Positions 22,443-24,000 of a stretch of 24,000 nucleotides of DNA are shown piece by piece. A program made the translations under genes and the position numbers. Position 1 is the first letter of the stretch, and each line of letters opens with the position of its first letter. Origin of the DNA: Rickettsiales bacterium (GTDB lineage: Bacteria > Pseudomonadota > Alphaproteobacteria > Rickettsiales > UBA3002). The notes beneath the pieces are model-generated. The model searched no databases. It was not told the origin of the DNA and was given only the letters and a program-made list of their open reading frames with translations. The DNA is taken from assembly GCA_002725445.1 (NCBI GenBank), contig PBPD01000069.1, positions 1 to 24,000 of the forward strand. The letters are read 5' to 3'.

Positions 22443-24000
22443 TTATGCGCCGAAGCTGCCGTCATCTTTTTTGGTGATGGCCAATACGGCTGGGCGTGGG
22501 GGCAGGCTCTCATCAAAATCAGGCCAGCGTGTGGCGGGCGCATCGAATGTGGAGCCTTCGCCGGGATGCTGGATCGATAGAAACAGCGTTTGACCGTCTG
22601 GCGTAAAGTTGGGGCCGGTTACCTCGCAGCCAAGCGGGCCGCGTAAGAAACATTTGGTCACGCCTTGCGCATCCCCGTGTGTTTGGGTCGCATATAGGCC
22701 TTCGGCGGCACCGTTGGCATCTTCCTGCCCATCGGTGGTGATCCAAAGGCGCCCGTGTGGATCCATTGCCAGATTATCGGGGCAGGACAGCCAGCCAGCG
22801 TCACTGACCTCGCCGCCATATTTAGCGCCATGGGCCTGTGCGTCAGGGTCACCCGCCAGTAAGAAAATATCCCATTTGAATGTATCGGCGCTGTGTTTTA
22901 TACCGCCATTCACATGCTTTGGTGGGGTGAGGCGCACAATGTGGCCGTGATGGTTTTCAGTGCGTGGGTTGGCAGCAGAGCTATCGGTGCGTTTGCCGTT
23001 TTTGGTAAGGGCTACGAACACTTCGCCGGTTTTCTCATAGACGGCAATGTCTTCTGGGCGATCCATCGGGGTGGCGCCGATCAGCTCGGAGGCGCGGCGT
23101 GCCTCGATCAGCACATCGGCCTGACTGTCAAACCCATGCTCGCTGGTTAGTTTGCCCGTGCCGTGCACCAATGGTAGCCAGCGCACATTGCCTTCGTCGT
23201 CAAACTGGGCAACGGATAATGTTCCCTCATCGAGCAACCGCAGATGCGAGGAGGGGGCTTCGGGATCGTATGGTTTGGCGCTCACAAAGCGATAGAGATA
23301 CTGGAAATATTCGTCATCGCCACTATAGACCACAACGTGATTATTATGATCAAGGGTAGTAGTCGCGCATTCATGTTTGCAACGGCCAAGCGCGGTGCGT
23401 TTGACGGGAGGCAATTGCGGATTATACGGATCGATTTCGACAATCCAGCCAAAGCGGTTGGGCTCGTTGGGCTCTCTTGAGGCATTGAAGCGGCGATCAA
23501 ATTTGTACCAGCTATACCACTGCCCGCCTGGTTTAATCCCCATGCGTTTATGGTTGTCGCGCTCGCGCGGGTCGATCTCACCCGTCTGGGCAAAATATTT
23601 GTCGATATTTTCTTCGCAAGTCAGGTAGGTGCCCCACGGCGTTATACCGCCTGCGCAATTGGCAAAGGTGCCAAAGACACGTTTGCCGCTGGGATCAAGC
23701 TGCGTTTTTACGCGTTCATGACCCGCAACGGGGCCTGATAATAATATGGGTGTGGTAGCCGTAACCCGGCGTGCATAGGTGCCGTCGACGGGGTGCCAGC
23801 CCTGCTCGCTGTCGCGTTTGACCTCGATGATACTCACACCGTGCGCTGCTTGTTCTACGCGCATTTGCTCTTCTGACACGCTGTCCAGATAGTCCATTTC
23901 CAATCCGCTGAACATGAGCGGTGGAATGGTATATTCATGGTTCACGCCTAGCAGGCCGTGAGCGGAATTGCGGCTGCCGGCCGGCAGCGGGAAGAAGGCG
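22443..24000 (-). CDS. phoX: PhoX-family (DUF839) phosphatase, N-terminus outside the window
   Basis: The track ORF starts at a GTG at 23945, but the frame stays open to base 24000. I read ...AFFPLPAGSRNSAHGLLGVNHEYT upstream, so the gene is 5'-partial. Motifs: FANCAGGITPWGTYLTCEEN and C-terminal FLSIQHPGE. Confidence 0.85.
   Translation of the reverse strand, partial: AFFPLPAGSRNSAHGLLGVNHEYTIPPLMFSGLEMDYLDSVSEEQMRVEQAAHGVSIIEVKRDSEQGWHPVDGTYARRVTATTPILLSGPVAGHERVKTQLDPSGKRVFGTFANCAGGITPWGTYLTCEENIDKYFAQTGEIDPRERDNHKRMGIKPGGQWYSWYKFDRRFNASREPNEPNRFGWIVEIDPYNPQLPPVKRTALGRCKHECATTTLDHNNHVVVYSGDDEYFQYLYRFVSAKPYDPEAPSSHLRLLDEGTLSVAQFDDEGNVRWLPLVHGTGKLTSEHGFDSQADVLIEARRASELIGATPMDRPEDIAVYEKTGEVFVALTKNGKRTDSSAANPRTENHHGHIVRLTPPKHVNGGIKHSADTFKWDIFLLAGDPDAQAHGAKYGGEVSDAGWLSCPDNLAMDPHGRLWITTDGQEDANGAAEGLYATQTHGDAQGVTKCFLRGPLGCEVTGPNFTPDGQTLFLSIQHPGEGSTFDAPATRWPDFDESLPPRPAVLAITKKDDGSFGA

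Noticed and set aside
1-24000. A scan for mobile elements, CRISPR arrays, tRNA/rRNA genes, and toxin-antitoxin or defence-system genes.
   Set aside because: I saw no transposase, integrase or recombinase-like ORF, no terminal inverted repeats, and no regularly spaced direct repeats outside the RTX-like coding repeats. No intergenic region is long enough or shaped like a tRNA. The largest gaps are 268, 192 and 162 nt and contain only promoter or terminator-like elements.

Overview
The window reads as chromosomal DNA from an alphaproteobacterium-like organism. That assignment is inferred from gene content (hpnC/hpnD, GlnD, a DUF2336-like pair, PhoX, short CCA enzyme) and cannot be verified here. 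Coding density is high, with 20 protein genes and several 4-23 nt start/stop overlaps. I recognised no rRNA, tRNA, CRISPR array, transposase, integrase or IS ends. Housekeeping genes sit on both sides: scoB/scoA, hpnD/hpnC, nadK on the left and glnD, cca, phoX on the right. They flank a roughly 10-kb accessory-looking block (7353-17196). This block holds a translationally coupled GT4 glycosyltransferase and SAM methyltransferase pair. It also holds a convergent three-gene type I secretion operon: a 974-aa Cys-free, acidic, RTX-like beta-roll protein, then an ABC exporter, then an HlyD-type adaptor, the same order as rsaA-rsaD-rsaE. Finally it holds a polysaccharide-type ABC-2 permease with no ATPase partner. 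Two inverted DMT/EamA paralogs bracket the block. The substrate gene has a codon usage very different from its neighbours, three ~90-aa super-repeats, a terminator/attenuator before the exporter genes, and a palindrome-dense 268-nt upstream region. The second item worth follow-up is a tandem, overlapping pair of equal-length (388 aa) DUF2336-like paralogs of unknown function, preceded by an 80% AT region with phased A-tracts. All functional calls come from motif recognition by eye; no database search was possible.
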